A stretch of 64,000 nt of DNA from contig JAYKHY010000064.1 of the NCBI GenBank assembly GCA_035285025.1, forward strand, positions 5,895-69,894, read 5' to 3'. This DNA is from Vampirovibrionales bacterium (GTDB lineage Bacteria > Cyanobacteriota > Vampirovibrionia > Vampirovibrionales > JAJTHC01). The first letter of the stretch is position 1; each line of letters opens with the position of its first letter. The translations under genes were made by a program, and so were the position numbers. The notes below the pieces were generated by a model, which did no database searches, was not told the origin of the DNA, and worked only from the letters and a program-made list of their open reading frames with translations. Positions 18,401-26,874 of the stretch are shown piece by piece.

Positions 18401-18736
18401 GGCGTCTGGCATGGCTTCGCGGTGCGCTTTATACGCCTCGTAGAGATCGGTTCGAAACGATTCCCGCGAGACGTCAAACGCGACCGCAACGCCCGTAGGG
18501 GCAACCTCTTTGAGCATGGCAAACAGGGCGTTAAAAAAGCCGTACACTGCCCAGGTTGGTTCTTGCCGGCTGGTTTTCATGCCGGTGCGCTCGAGCGCAA
18601 AGTACATTCTGTAGGCCAACGCGTGGCCATCAATTAATACGATTTTAGGCGTACCCGTTTTGCTCGATTCAAGTATTTGCGATTGAGGTAATTGCGCCGG
18701 CGGGGTCAATAACTCGCGCTGCGTTTCGGTGTTCAT
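15443..18736 (-). CDS. polA: DNA polymerase I (1097 aa, with low-complexity linkers)
   Basis: 5'-nuclease motif GDTSDNIPGVPGIGEKTA, motif A ADYSQIELR, motif B RYQAKTVNFGVIYG and motif C LQVHDELV. Confidence 0.97.
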   Translation of the reverse strand: MNTETQRELLTPPAQLPQSQILESSKTGTPKIVLIDGHALAYRMYFALERTGMKTSRQEPTWAVYGFFNALFAMLKEVAPTGVAVAFDVSRESFRTDLYEAYKAHREAMPDAMKVQMAMILEGVNALGMPLFQVSGVEADDVIGTLAKQLAQQHQAEVLILTGDQDAFQLVHDVDNTTHAGQIQVLIPSRTPREGLKRYGEAAVFEKLGVKPEQVVDYKALRGDTSDNIPGVPGIGEKTACKLLTEYPTLDAIYNAIDQIKPDKLREKLITHKAQAYLSQTLAQIKCDVPEATTTLEALELHIPVWQHWVDFLKKCEFRTFLQQSPQLLKPFTQESISPQTPNAANATAADAPAQSASNPNSPELLASGTQAQNSASAEATLQHQLLAFSSAPTAPFSPPFKLVTTEPDLDAFLARAKAQGVLAIDLETTGLDPLTIQPVGYALGWSKALSKTGYTPKNPLQLACLPCQPVALHVNPQATELSATPDSPTPETDRLEIVYVPVGHVADETNDETSGKTPQLTPKTVLQKLAPLLADPYIIKIAHNAKYERSVLNEWGLQQAEAINPENPSPKNINPDLCQGLWFDTMLASYVLNPERRHGLKALGSDLLGLILQDITTLIGSGKKQILFSQVPIAQGAPYAASDVYVTLALAESFATELAQQANAGLNALLYELELPLVEVLSAIERLGITIDTSYLAELSQQLGEQLTQLEAEVHALAGLPFNLNSPKQVGEILFERMGIKPTKKTAGKTGFSTDAQVLEQLAPEYPMVGKLLEYRQLFKLKSTYIDALPQLVHPKSGRVHTSLNQTIAATGRLSSSEPNLQNIPVKTEVGQKIRHAFIPSGKGVRGRERTPHQDGLLDANQPYFLISADYSQIELRLLAHFSEDPHLIEAFQNGQDVHVSTASLVFDVPLADVTKTMRYQAKTVNFGVIYGQTAHGLSQQLGVPRFEAQAFIDKYFERYPRVRDFIEETKALAHGQGYVETLYGRRRWLKEALESPVRHIREFAERAAFNTPLQGSAADLIKLAMNRLHEKLHETQSPARLLLQVHDELVLEAPQAALDDVTKQVLWAMKLDDAQKPLRVPLIVDVSVGPSWLEV
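16177..16214 (+). repeat. copy of the 37-38 nt GC-rich palindromic repeat, inside polA and in frame
   Basis: gtggggtgcgttccctccctcgcactccctttccggag. It is read on the polA strand as SGKGVRGRERTPH. Confidence 0.7.
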
Positions 18737-18769
18737 GGGTGTTCCTGAGGGGGCTCTTTCAAAAAACTA

Positions 18770-18860
18770 GGCGATTATCCCGTAACGAGTAGTATGGCAA
18801 ATTTTCGTTAGGCAGCGCAAACCTTTTAGCGTCCATACTGTTCGTCGTGGCATAATCGCT
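18770..18860 (+). mobile_element. 91-bp hairpin element (MITE-like), copy 1, flanked by a perfect 8-bp direct repeat
   Basis: GGCGATTATCC...GGCATAATCGCT with long internal stem pairing. AAAAACTA occurs at 18762-18769 and again at 18861-18868. The element lies 34 nt upstream of the polA start codon. Confidence 0.75.
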
Positions 18861-19116
18861 AAAAACTATTAGGCGCACCAACATGCTTTAAATGTGCTTG
18901 AAACGCGTTTAAATCTGTTTGAATGTGGCGATTAACGTGCGCCAGTTGATGATGCTGCCTGCTTTATAAAATAGCACGTTTTTTGCCACCACTAGGCTGC
19001 TGCCTAACTGGCACTGTTAAACTCTTGCGCTATTTGTCGCATGATTAACAGGGCATTACGCACAGGCGCATAATTTATGCGAGCCAGACATAACATAAAT
19101 CCGATTAACCCTGACT

Positions 19117-19626
19117 TTAGGCAGGCCAAATGAGCATCGCAAGGGCCATCAGGCCCATGGTCAGGTTTTCTGAAAGTGTAACGCTTGAAAGCGGCACGTT
19201 GAGCACGGTGCCCATGCAGGCACAACTTACCGATAGCCCAGCTTTAAGCGCTCGCATCACCCCAATCACGCCCAGCAACATTAACAGCACGGTCAGCCAC
19301 AAAACGCCTTGCGGCGCAACGCCGCTTAAGTAAGCTAAGCCAAGTGCCAGCTCGATAAATGGGTAGGCCAACGCATAAACTGTGCTGCGCTGGGCCAGTA
19401 AATCGTAGCGGGCAAAGCCTTCGGCAAATTGCGCAGGATTAAATAGTTTTAACATGGCAAAGCTGCAAAAGGTTAAACCCATCCAAAGCCGCATTGCTGT
19501 ATGCGCCGAAGCCCCGGTGCCCCAGACAAGCGACAGGGTCATTGCGATTGTGATAAGTACAAGCGCAATTAATGGCCAGTACTTTCGCCATGTATTTTCA
19601 GAGGCTTTTACGGGGTGCTGTATCAC
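19117..19626 (-). CDS. MauE/DoxX-family integral membrane protein
   Basis: Four predicted TM segments. FAMLKLFNPAQFAEGFARYDLL resembles the MauE domain. Confidence 0.65.
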   Translation of the reverse strand: MIQHPVKASENTWRKYWPLIALVLITIAMTLSLVWGTGASAHTAMRLWMGLTFCSFAMLKLFNPAQFAEGFARYDLLAQRSTVYALAYPFIELALGLAYLSGVAPQGVLWLTVLLMLLGVIGVMRALKAGLSVSCACMGTVLNVPLSSVTLSENLTMGLMALAMLIWPA

Positions 19627-19678
19627 GAATCAAGACTCCTGTCGTGTTTGCTGATGACGTTTTTAGCCCATAACCCTA

Positions 19679-19769
19679 AGCGATTATGCAACGACAGCAA
19701 GCATGGACGCTGAACTGTTCACGCTGCATGACAAAACGATGTCATACAGTCAATAACGAGATAATCGAC
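19679..19769 (-). mobile_element. 91-bp hairpin element, copy 2 (inverted relative to copy 1)
   Basis: agcgattatgcaacgacagcaagcatggacgctg...cgagataatcgac aligns along its whole length with the reverse complement of copy 1. Confidence 0.75.
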
Positions 19770-19988
19770 GGACTGTATTGATGCAGCAAACTTATGAGCC
19801 TAAGAATACCGTACGCTGAATTTGGCTAAAGTGTCTGGCTCATAATTAAAAGTTAACCCCTCGGACAGGGTTAGCCGCAATTCTGAGCGCGTGAATTTAA
19901 ACCGGGCAAACCGGGTTAACCGGGTTAACTGGGCTGCTTGAAAAACAAGGCAGCGTTTGCACGGTAACATAGCACTAGACTGACTAAA

Positions 19989-20066
19989 TTGGGGCGAGTG
20001 ATGGGAATCGAACCCACGTATACCGGTACCACAAACCGGGGCCTTGACCTCTTGGCGACACTCGCC
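19989..20066 (-). tRNA. tRNA-His (anticodon GTG) with encoded G-1 and encoded CCA
   Basis: Hand-folded from the reverse complement:
- G-1 plus acceptor stem GCGAGTG, pairing with CACTCGC, then discriminator C and CCA.
- D-arm GCCAAGAGGTCAAGGC, which is plastid/cyanobacterial-like.
- Anticodon stem CCGGT/ACCGG with loop TTGTGGT.
- T-arm GTGGG TTCGATT CCCAT.
There is one extra C at the junction between the D-arm and the anticodon stem, so this needs tRNAscan-SE confirmation. Confidence 0.85.
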
Positions 20067-20093
20067 ACCGTGCTTAGCAGTTGTATGAACTTA

Positions 20094-20123
20094 ATTATAA
20101 ATAAGAAAACGCTGCGGCTGCAA
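20094..20123 (-). promoter_or_regulatory. putative sigma70-type promoter for tRNA-His
   Basis: On the minus strand: TTGCAG (20123-20118), an 18-nt spacer, then a perfect TATAAT (20099-20094). This lies about 30 nt upstream of the tRNA 5' end. Confidence 0.45.
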
Positions 20124-20151
20124 TCACCAGATTTATATAATGCAGACCCGG

Positions 20152-20177
20152 CCAGATTTAATGCCCAGATTTAATGC
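20152..20177. repeat. perfect 2 x 13-bp tandem repeat CCAGATTTAATGC
   Basis: Copies at 20152-20164 and 20165-20177. A variant, ccagatttatataatgc, lies at 20127-20143. The repeats sit between the M55 peptidase stop and the tRNA-His promoter. Confidence 0.7.
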
Positions 20178-20226
20178 GTTGTTAAATGGCAACTAATCGC
20201 AAATTTTTCTGATTAAACCACTTACG

Positions 20227-21201
20227 TTAAAACACCTGCGCAATGTTTTGCGTGGCACCCAGGCAGGCATAAGCGCCCTGTAATGCCTGATACGTGGTTA
20301 AATAACTGCCCTGGCGCGTCTCAACCGTCAGGCCATTCACGCGTTGCCAGTGGGGTTGCTGGCAAATCAAATCGGCTGCTACGGGGTGGCTTAGGCTCAG
20401 GCGCAGAATATAAGGCGCCTCGGGGAGCCAGCTTGGCGGCGCCTGCGGCACGCCGGAGTGTAATTCGTCGAGTGCCATGGCGGCCTGCGCGGCAAGCTCC
20501 TGCTGCACATCGGCGGGGTTCTGATGTATTGCTGCGGCCCAGCCTTGACCGGTTTTGGTTGAGACGGTTAAAACTTCAGGCAGTAATTCGCGCAATTCAT
20601 CGCAAAAAGCCTGATCGCCGCTGCCCAGTAATACCGGCACGCCCAATGCGTGCGCGTACAGCGCGTTAAGCCAGGCTTCGCCCACAGAGCGCCCGTTGAG
20701 CGTAATATCGGTTAACCAATCCACAAAACTGTGGGCCAGCACGCCGCACTGTGTACCGGCTTTGCTGTGGTAGCCCACAAACATGGCGGCGCTATAGTCT
20801 TCGTTCAGGCCCGCCATCATGGCGCACAGTTTAGGCTTGCCGCTCAGGAGCTGCACGCTGGGCCAGTGAGCCTCAAAGGCGTCATCGCCTTCTGGGGCAC
20901 TGGGCAGCAGTTGCTGCGGATGCAAATTGACCATCGGGCCGTGCGCGTCATTAATCAACACGTCTAGCGGTTCGGCGTGGGGGGTGTGCTGTGTTGCTTC
21001 CAGAGTTGCCTCCAGGTTGGCCTCTGGGCTACCGCCCGAGGCTAAGCCGCGAAGCACGGCCCGTAATTCTGCCGCAAGCGCCTGGGTGGCCAGTGTATAT
21101 GCGGGCAGAATGTTGCCCGCGCCCGCCAGTTGCGGGTAGCATTGCGCTTTGCTGCTGACGCCACAGACGCCTTCGAGATCGGCCGAGATGTAAAGTTTCA
21201 T
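20227..21201 (-). CDS. M55-family D-aminopeptidase (DppA-like)
   Basis: MKLYISADLEGVCGV at the N-terminus, plus INDAHG, VGYHSKAG, GEAWLNA and VPVLLGSGD, which align with B. subtilis DppA. I chose the start at the MKLY Met; the upstream part of the ORF is probably not translated. Confidence 0.8.
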   Translation of the reverse strand: MKLYISADLEGVCGVSSKAQCYPQLAGAGNILPAYTLATQALAAELRAVLRGLASGGSPEANLEATLEATQHTPHAEPLDVLINDAHGPMVNLHPQQLLPSAPEGDDAFEAHWPSVQLLSGKPKLCAMMAGLNEDYSAAMFVGYHSKAGTQCGVLAHSFVDWLTDITLNGRSVGEAWLNALYAHALGVPVLLGSGDQAFCDELRELLPEVLTVSTKTGQGWAAAIHQNPADVQQELAAQAAMALDELHSGVPQAPPSWLPEAPYILRLSLSHPVAADLICQQPHWQRVNGLTVETRQGSYLTTYQALQGAYACLGATQNIAQVF

Positions 21202-21416
21202 ACTGTTTGCAAATCCTGTGCCACGCGTAAGAAGACTGTAGGTTTTATATTTGGATAACTTCGTGTATTGTATGCGCATTAGTATCTTAATTTAAAAACA
21301 GGTTACTCCAGATTTTTTAAAGCCTGATTTCGTCTGGGTCCTTGTTTAAAGGCGGACTCGCCGCAAGCAAGGGCATCTGTTTTAAAGGGCTCAACTTTAT
21401 AGAGGCAGTAAGATAT

Positions 21417-22640
21417 ATGGCATCCAATGGCGCAATGAATGGTGCTAAAAAGCGCGTAATGGTAATGACGGGCGGCGGTGACTGCCCCGGGCTCAATGCG
21501 GTGATTCGGGCTATTGTGCGCAAGGCCAGAACGCTGGGCGACTGGGAGGTGCTCGGTAGCATTGAGGCGTTTAACGGCATTTTGCGCGACCCGATGGAAA
21601 TCGTGATGCTGGATACGCATAGCGTGGCCGGGATTCATATTCGGGGTGGCACCATTTTAAAAACCACCAACAAGGGTGGCCCGTTTGAATGGCCAGTGCG
21701 GCAGGCCGATGGCTCCTGGACCACCGAAGACCGTTCGGATGAGCTGATTGCCCGACTGGATAAACTGGGCGTCGAAGCGATTATCAGCATCGGCGGCGAT
21801 GGCTCGATGCGCATTGCGCAAGACCTGATGGATAAAGGTCTGAACGTGGTGGGCGTGCCAAAAACGATTGATAACGATTTGAGTTCGACCGATGTCACGT
21901 TTGGCTTCCAGACGGCGGTTGAGATTGCGACCGATGCCGTGGATAAACTGGTGACGACGGCGGCCAGCCATAACCGCCTGATGATTCTGGAAGTGATGGG
22001 GCGCGACGCAGGCTGGATTGGCTTGAGTGCTGCCATTGCAGGGGGCGCGGATGTCGCGTTGATTCCGGAAATCCCGTACGATCTCGATGTCGTCTCGGAT
22101 AAAATTATGCACCGCATGGAAAACAACCGGGGCTTTGCGATTGTGGTGATTTGCGAGGGGGCCAAGCCGGTGGGCGGCGAGGTTACGGCCTCTAAGAGCG
22201 ATCAAGTGGGTTACGCCAATAAATTGCTGGGCGGCGTGGGCCACCGGTTGTTGGCCGAATTAAAAGCCCGCCCCGGTTTTAGCGAAATCGATGCGCGCGT
22301 TATGATTCTGGGGCATTTACAACGCGGCGGCACGCCTTGCGCTTACGACCGGATTCTGGCGACGCAATTTGGCGTTAAAGCCATGGAGCTGGTGAACGAA
22401 GGCCGCTACGGCGAGATGGTTGCGTACCGCAAACCCAAAATCACCTCGGTGACGATTAAAGAGGCGATTGCCGAATATAATTATGTCTCGCTGGATAGCG
22501 ACCTGGTCAAAACGGCGCGCGGCGCTGCGATTTGCCTGGGCGATGCCATTTCGGGCGAGCAGCAAATGTTCTTCAGGCAGCATCCTGCCGCGATGCCGCT
22601 CACGCTGGGCGGCGGTTTGCCTGAACTTCAAATTAGCTAG
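21417..22640 (+). CDS. pfkA: 6-phosphofructokinase
   Basis: Motifs GGGDCPGLNAVIRAIV, IGGDGS, VGVPKTIDNDL and MGRDAGWI. I placed the start at the ATG at 21417. Confidence 0.9.
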   Translation: MASNGAMNGAKKRVMVMTGGGDCPGLNAVIRAIVRKARTLGDWEVLGSIEAFNGILRDPMEIVMLDTHSVAGIHIRGGTILKTTNKGGPFEWPVRQADGSWTTEDRSDELIARLDKLGVEAIISIGGDGSMRIAQDLMDKGLNVVGVPKTIDNDLSSTDVTFGFQTAVEIATDAVDKLVTTAASHNRLMILEVMGRDAGWIGLSAAIAGGADVALIPEIPYDLDVVSDKIMHRMENNRGFAIVVICEGAKPVGGEVTASKSDQVGYANKLLGGVGHRLLAELKARPGFSEIDARVMILGHLQRGGTPCAYDRILATQFGVKAMELVNEGRYGEMVAYRKPKITSVTIKEAIAEYNYVSLDSDLVKTARGAAICLGDAISGEQQMFFRQHPAAMPLTLGGGLPELQIS

Positions 22641-23102
22641 CCAGGGCCCTTACGGCTAAAGCACGCGAAAGGGTTATGCTGCAGCGGGCGCTTTTCAGGG
22701 CTCGTTTCAGCCCTGCAAGTTTAAACTTGGAATCGCCTGCTGTGATTATTGTGACCTGTCGCGCCCGCTATAATAGCGTTAGAGTAACCCCATTCCCTTG
22801 CCTGACGCCTTCGCGCTAAAGACAGGCGTTGCCCCGTCAATCAAGGCATCATTGCGTCATAAGCTTTATTTTGCTCGTGGGTGGCCTAATCGCTATTATG
22901 GGGGCTCGCTAAAGCGCGCGATGGGCGTGGTTAAGTTTTTCGTTCAAAGTTGCCTTAGGGCTTGCTTTTGCGGTAGGGATTGCGTTTAATGCAGCTTGAG
23001 CCAGACTTAAGCTCGGGCTCAGAATGTTTGTGTTAGTTCTTGTATCCCTCAGTTGTTACTCATTTATGAGCGTCGAGCTCATTCAAGAAAGGTTCGAATA
23101 GG

Positions 23103-23702
23103 GTGAAGATGATGATGAAGCAAACCACACGTTTTGCCGCCTTGGCTGCCACTGCCGCTGTAATGCTCAGCAGCACCGCCGCGATGGCCGAAACCCTCCA
23201 AATTAACGTCAGCAAAGACATGCCGACCAACATCGTGATGCCGGTTGCAACGGCTGACCTGACGGGTTCGCTGGATATCCAGGTGATGAATCCCTCGTAT
23301 GAAACCGTTACGTTTTTAATCCCCGGCAAAGCCGAAGTCGTTGTGCCGTTTGGCGAAGATCGCACCGTTTCGCTGGCCGCCGATGAAATCGATGCCGCCA
23401 ACGGAATCAACTACGCGATTTTGGACAACCACCCCGAAGGCAACAACTATGTGCTGGTGATGGGCAAAATCACCGAGCCGATGATGCCGGATCCGGCCAT
23501 TGCCGAGCGCGATGCCCGTTTCGCCCAGTTCTCGTCCAATTCTCAGCAAAGCCTGGCCCAACTGATTGCGCGTAACAACTACGTTGCGCCGCCGGTGTAC
23601 AGCCAAGCCGAATCCGAAGCCGCCATGGCCGCCAAAAAACCCATGATGGCTCCCGCCTACCAACCTCGCACCGCCAGCAAAACGGTTCGTGGCTATTGGT
23701 AA
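23103..23702 (+). CDS. secreted hypothetical protein
   Basis: Clear signal peptide (KQTTRFAALAATAAVMLSSTAAMA-ETL). No motif recognised. Confidence 0.55.
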   Translation: MKMMMKQTTRFAALAATAAVMLSSTAAMAETLQINVSKDMPTNIVMPVATADLTGSLDIQVMNPSYETVTFLIPGKAEVVVPFGEDRTVSLAADEIDAANGINYAILDNHPEGNNYVLVMGKITEPMMPDPAIAERDARFAQFSSNSQQSLAQLIARNNYVAPPVYSQAESEAAMAAKKPMMAPAYQPRTASKTVRGYW

Positions 23703-23793
23703 GCTTTGGATAAAAGAACTTTGCACATGAACGAGCAATTGGTTTTTACAATTTAATTTGGCAATTTATAGGATTAAGTTGTTTTTTAGCAGT

Positions 23794-24867
23794 ATGTCTC
23801 GTTTAATGCCACCCTTTAATCTTAAAAAAATATCGGCTGTAGCCGCGCTTTTGCTGCTGCAGCCGATTTTTATGCCCAGTTTACAAGCAGGCATTACGTT
23901 TGCTGCAGAGCCCGCAAACTTAAATGCTTCCAGCGCGCGCGGCCTAACCCGAGAAACCGCGTTGATTCAGGTTTTTCCTGCCGAATCTGTCATTGCAGGC
24001 CCTTCATCAAAGGCTTCCGTGAATCCTGCCGCGGGTGCTGTTAAAGGCCAAAACCCTGCGGCTAAAGATACGCCTGCGCTTCGACGCACCTCGCTTGTGC
24101 CGGCCATGGCGTCGCCAGCCTTCGAGCCCAGTGCCGCAGAGCCCGCGTCGAACCCGCCTCAGGAGGTGGGTAAAAATATTGCTCTTTTGCCCTCGCCATT
24201 ACCAGCCCAAACACCCGAAGAGGCAGCGAAAACGCTAAAACAGGTGACGCGCAGCCTTGATGAAGGCCTTAAAATTGTTATTTACCCGGTGGCACGTAAG
24301 CTGCAATTGCAGCACAAAGGTGTTGCGATTAAGACGTTCCCGGTAGGGGTGGGCCGCGCCGCGTTTTTAACGCCTGCGGGGCAGTACAAAATTATTCGTA
24401 AGCTCGAAGATCCCGCGTGGGAAAACCCCTATTTGGGCCAAGGCCAACAGCGTATTGCCGCAGGCGCAGAAAATCCGCTGGGCACACGCTGGATGGGGTT
24501 TAAGCAAACCAAATCGGGCGAATACGGGATTCACGGTACCGATAATCCGGCGTCTGTGGGCAAGTTTAGTTCTCACGGATGCGTTCGTATGCGTTCTGCC
24601 GATGCTGAATTGCTGTACGATCAAGTTACCGAGGGCACGCCCGTCGAAGTGTCTTATAGCTCAATCTGGCTTGAGCCTTGGGGCGAGCGCCTGATGCTGA
24701 CGGTGTTTCCTAAGTTGCTGCCAGGGCAGTATAACCCGGAACCTAACGCGGTGCGCGCGGCAATATTAAAAAAATACCCGTTGGCCAAACTGAATGAGCC
24801 GCAGCTAGCGCGCGTGATTGCAGGCCGGTTAGGCAAACCCGAGGCGGTGGGCGTCCTGCCGAACTGA
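23794..24867 (+). CDS. L,D-transpeptidase (YkuD domain) protein
   Basis: The active-site signature YGIHGTDNPASVGKFSSHGCVRMRSAD is present. The N-terminus is hydrophobic. I placed the start at the ATG at 23794. Confidence 0.85.
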   Translation: MSRLMPPFNLKKISAVAALLLLQPIFMPSLQAGITFAAEPANLNASSARGLTRETALIQVFPAESVIAGPSSKASVNPAAGAVKGQNPAAKDTPALRRTSLVPAMASPAFEPSAAEPASNPPQEVGKNIALLPSPLPAQTPEEAAKTLKQVTRSLDEGLKIVIYPVARKLQLQHKGVAIKTFPVGVGRAAFLTPAGQYKIIRKLEDPAWENPYLGQGQQRIAAGAENPLGTRWMGFKQTKSGEYGIHGTDNPASVGKFSSHGCVRMRSADAELLYDQVTEGTPVEVSYSSIWLEPWGERLMLTVFPKLLPGQYNPEPNAVRAAILKKYPLAKLNEPQLARVIAGRLGKPEAVGVLPN

Positions 24868-25047
24868 TTCGTGTAAACAATTGTAAATAGTGTTGCACGA
24901 ATCCAGATTGCGGCTTGCACCCAAGTTTTAATGCGATACAGTTACTACTGCGAATCGGAGTACGGATGCCAAGCGCCCGAGACCCGTTGAATGCACAGCT
25001 TTTATTATACAGATTTTTCCCCTCACTCCCAACCTACAGAAATCTAC

Positions 25048-25078
25048 GACCTCTGCAAACTGAGAGGTCTTTTTTTTT
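25048..25078 (+). terminator. strong rho-independent terminator with no annotated gene directly upstream
   Basis: GACCTCT (25048-54), loop gcaaactg, AGAGGTC (25063-69), then T9 (25070-78). It lies 180 nt after the L,D-transpeptidase stop. Confidence 0.7.
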
Positions 25079-25261
25079 GCAATTTAGCGTTTCAGTTAGG
25101 ATTAACGCCATCATTTATCCGGAATAAAACATCGGCTCTTGATGCCCTATGCCAAGAAATACCCTGATGCGTGGATGCGATTACGTTATCTTTAAGTGGC
25201 ATTTTTATGCAAAAGGTGGCGTTTTTTGCGAATAAAACGGGTATAGAATGATAACAATAAA

Positions 25262-25351
25262 GGCGATTATCCTGTATCTGACAGTAGGGTAAATTTTCGT
25301 CACGCAGCGTAAGCCTTTAAAGTCCATACCGTCAGTCGTGGCATAATCGCT
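25262..25351 (+). mobile_element. 91-bp hairpin element, copy 3
   Basis: ggcgattatcctgtatctgacagtagggtaaattttcgtcacgcagcgtaagcctttaaagtccataccgtcagtcgtggcataatcgct. It lies 53 nt upstream of yggS. Confidence 0.75.
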
Positions 25352-25403
25352 AAAATAGTCGCAATGCCTCTTTGATTTTTTTTGAGTCGAGTCTTAACGT
25401 GTA

Positions 25404-26171
25404 ATGTCATTTGCTACAGACGCTGAATTGTTTGACCCTGACGCAACCGGCCCGTATGCGTTGTGCGAGCAACATGCACAATGGCTTAGCACCCGCCTTG
25501 CACAGATCCAGGCCGTGATTCAATCCGAGGCTGTAGCGGCGCAAGCGGTAACAGTGGTGGTGGCCAGTAAATCGGCTTCGCTTGCCTGGATGCGCTGTTT
25601 GTTTATGGCTAGCCTTAAGCATTTTGGCGAAAATCAGGTACAAGCCTTTACGCATAAGCATGCGACCCTTGCTTCATGCCTGCCAGGGGCCGAGTGGCAT
25701 TTTATTGGTACGCTGCAACGTAATAAGGTTTCTAAGCTGTTGGCGACTGCGCCATCGTTGATTCATAGCGTGGATACGCTGCCGCTTGCGCATGCGTTAA
25801 GTCGGCATCAAGTGGCGTCGTCTGCGAATGCGCTGCTGCCGGTGACGCTACAAGTGAACATTGCTCAGGAGCCTCAAAAACACGGCTTTTATGCCGACCA
25901 ACTTGAGCACGCCGCGTTAACTCTTACGCGTGAATGCCCTGGCCTGTTGCCGGTGGGCTTGATGACAATGCTACCACTTGGCCTTGCGCCTGCGCAGCGG
26001 CTAACGTTGTTTAAGCAGGTGGCGCAGCTCAAGCATCAGCTAGAGCAAACTTTGGGCCGCGCGCTTCCGGTGCTCTCGATGGGGATGAGCGAGGATTACC
26101 CGGAAGCCTTAGCGGCGGGCGCAACGCACCTAAGATTAGGCCGGGTGCTAATGCCCCCTGCGGATGCGTAA
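25404..26171 (+). CDS. yggS: YggS-family pyridoxal-phosphate homeostasis protein
   Basis: Motifs VASKSAS, HFGENQVQ, WHFIGTLQRNKV, GLMTM and SMGMSEDYPEALAAGATHLRLG. Confidence 0.85.
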   Translation: MSFATDAELFDPDATGPYALCEQHAQWLSTRLAQIQAVIQSEAVAAQAVTVVVASKSASLAWMRCLFMASLKHFGENQVQAFTHKHATLASCLPGAEWHFIGTLQRNKVSKLLATAPSLIHSVDTLPLAHALSRHQVASSANALLPVTLQVNIAQEPQKHGFYADQLEHAALTLTRECPGLLPVGLMTMLPLGLAPAQRLTLFKQVAQLKHQLEQTLGRALPVLSMGMSEDYPEALAAGATHLRLGRVLMPPADA

Positions 26172-26250
26172 GCCTGAATAAAGGTTTACTGAGGCAAGAC
26201 AACGAGGCGCCTTGAACCCAATTGCTTAACGAGAGGCTTGCCAGGGGTGA

Positions 26251-26775
26251 CTAGCGCACGCTAGCCAGGTTGACCTGATTAAGCTGTTGCACAAAACCTT
26301 TGAGCGCGACGGCTTGCGTCTCGGTTTGCGTGTTCATTAGCTGGGCACGGGCTTCCGCAACGGCGGCCTTGATATGCTCGGATTTTACACGCTCGAGCGC
26401 GGCTTTTTCTTCGAGCACGACGCGCTGCTTGGCGGCTTCAATCAGGCGCTCAGCTTCTTGCTGGGCGTTAGCAATCAGTTTGGCTTGCAGCGTGTTTGCA
26501 GCCGTGCGCGCTTGCTCCAGAATACCCTCGGCTTCGGTATCTATTGCGCTTATACGGCTTTGTAATTGTAAAAGTTGTTGCTCGGCCTGCGTGCGTTTTT
26601 CTTCTGCTTGCGCCAGTTGTTGCGCAATGGTGGCCTGCTGACGACCGACGCTGCTAAAAAGCTTGAACTTGTTGATGACAAACGCCAAAAAGGCAAGCAC
26701 CATTAAAACGTTAAACACGTTACTATGGAGAAGCCATTCAATTGTGGTTTGGGATGCGGCGTGTTCTGCAGACAT
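26251..26775 (-). CDS. atpF: ATP synthase F0 subunit b
   Basis: A single N-terminal TM segment followed by a long Ala/Glu/Gln-rich helix. It is the last gene of a c-b'-b arrangement. Confidence 0.75.
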   Translation of the reverse strand: MSAEHAASQTTIEWLLHSNVFNVLMVLAFLAFVINKFKLFSSVGRQQATIAQQLAQAEEKRTQAEQQLLQLQSRISAIDTEAEGILEQARTAANTLQAKLIANAQQEAERLIEAAKQRVVLEEKAALERVKSEHIKAAVAEARAQLMNTQTETQAVALKGFVQQLNQVNLASVR

Positions 26776-26874
26776 AGCGTTGTAGGAAGTTCCTAAACTT
26801 AGGAAGAAAGATGAAAAAACGTGTGGGGCGAAACTATCGCGTTGAGCACTGCGCGTTGGCGCAAACGCCCTGTT

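Noticed and set aside
24915-25127. A 70-aa ORF between the L,D-transpeptidase gene and yggS.
   Set aside because: It reads straight through a strong intrinsic terminator (25048-25078) and has no ribosome-binding site or motif.
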